DNA of 42,831 bases from a virus (lineage: Duplodnaviria > Caudoviricetes): IMG/VR virus record IMGVR_UViG_3300037755_000517, positions 1 through 42,831 of that record, one strand, 5' to 3'. A program made the position numbers and the translations under genes. Each line of letters opens with the position of its first letter. Position 1 is the stretch's first letter. Below, one piece after another: positions 42,312 to 42,831 of this stretch. The notes beneath the pieces are model-generated. The model was not told where the DNA came from. It did no database searches and saw only the letters and a program-made list of their open reading frames with translations.

Positions 42312-42831
42312 TTCGGGTATGGTTTTAGTATTGACGGTCGGTAATGTCCCCTGCATACTGTCCCCCGGAGTTTCTATAAACTTTCGAGGGAAGGGGATAT
42401 TTTGTCTATACGATGGTTTAGAGGGTTACTTTTGACACTACTTTCGGCAGGCATTAAAACCGCGGCAGCCGATCCCCGGATCGGTCAAGGGGTCGCTGTT
42501 GCCACCGCCAGCACCGGTTTCGGGGTAATGTTGGAATGGATACCCCAAAACGCCGGCACCCTGGCGGCTCTGGCCGGTTTTACCTTGTCTGTCGTATTAA
42601 TAATTTTGCATGTGGTCAAAGGAAGGCTAGAATTAAAAAAGCTTGCTCTTGAAATCTCCATCATTCAGGACGAAGCCGATCGACTAAAGTCCAACCAAAG
42701 AGGATAACACTATGAAATCTTTACGATATTTCTGTATCGCGTTGCTATTGAGTATTATGTTTTTACCCGCCGCGCAGGCCGCCCAGCCTACCGAGGGGTA
42801 TTTGTCTTACGATACGGCCGCCGTGTTGTAT
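42209..42831. repeat. Terminal direct repeat, right copy (imperfect match to 1-633)
   Basis: See the left copy. Confidence 0.95.
42402..42707 (+). CDS. Putative holin-like membrane protein, allele B
   Basis: Differs from allele A by F2S, A12T, I14L, R73K, E90D and a shorter C-terminus. Confidence 0.6.
   Translation: MSIRWFRGLLLTLLSAGIKTAAADPRIGQGVAVATASTGFGVMLEWIPQNAGTLAALAGFTLSVVLIILHVVKGRLELKKLALEISIIQDEADRLKSNQRG

Overview
The window is an apparently complete, circularisable genome (~42.2 kb unit) of a contractile-tailed dsDNA phage, probably infecting a Gram-negative host. Bases 1-633 recur at 42209-42831, with identical ends and a divergent middle. The left half holds an APSE-like replication module (family A DNA polymerase, DUF2815 SSB, DUF2800 Cas4-like nuclease, SF2 helicase, VRR-NUC, Prim-Pol/D5 primase-helicase), an accessory region driven by a duplicated promoter-operator, a C5 methyltransferase with a second subunit nested in another frame, a deleted IS1595 element with a passenger gene, and an iteron array resembling an origin. 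The right half holds a ParB-methyltransferase, terminases, DUF1073 portal, head genes and a Mu-like contractile tail and baseplate ending in a beta-propeller fibre. Core replication and virion genes look intact. Many accessory genes and the lysis cassette look collapsed by deletions: I see no endolysin, only Rz/Rz1-like remnants and a holin-like gene. I found no integrase, tRNA or CRISPR array. Family assignments come from motif recognition by eye, not from database searches.
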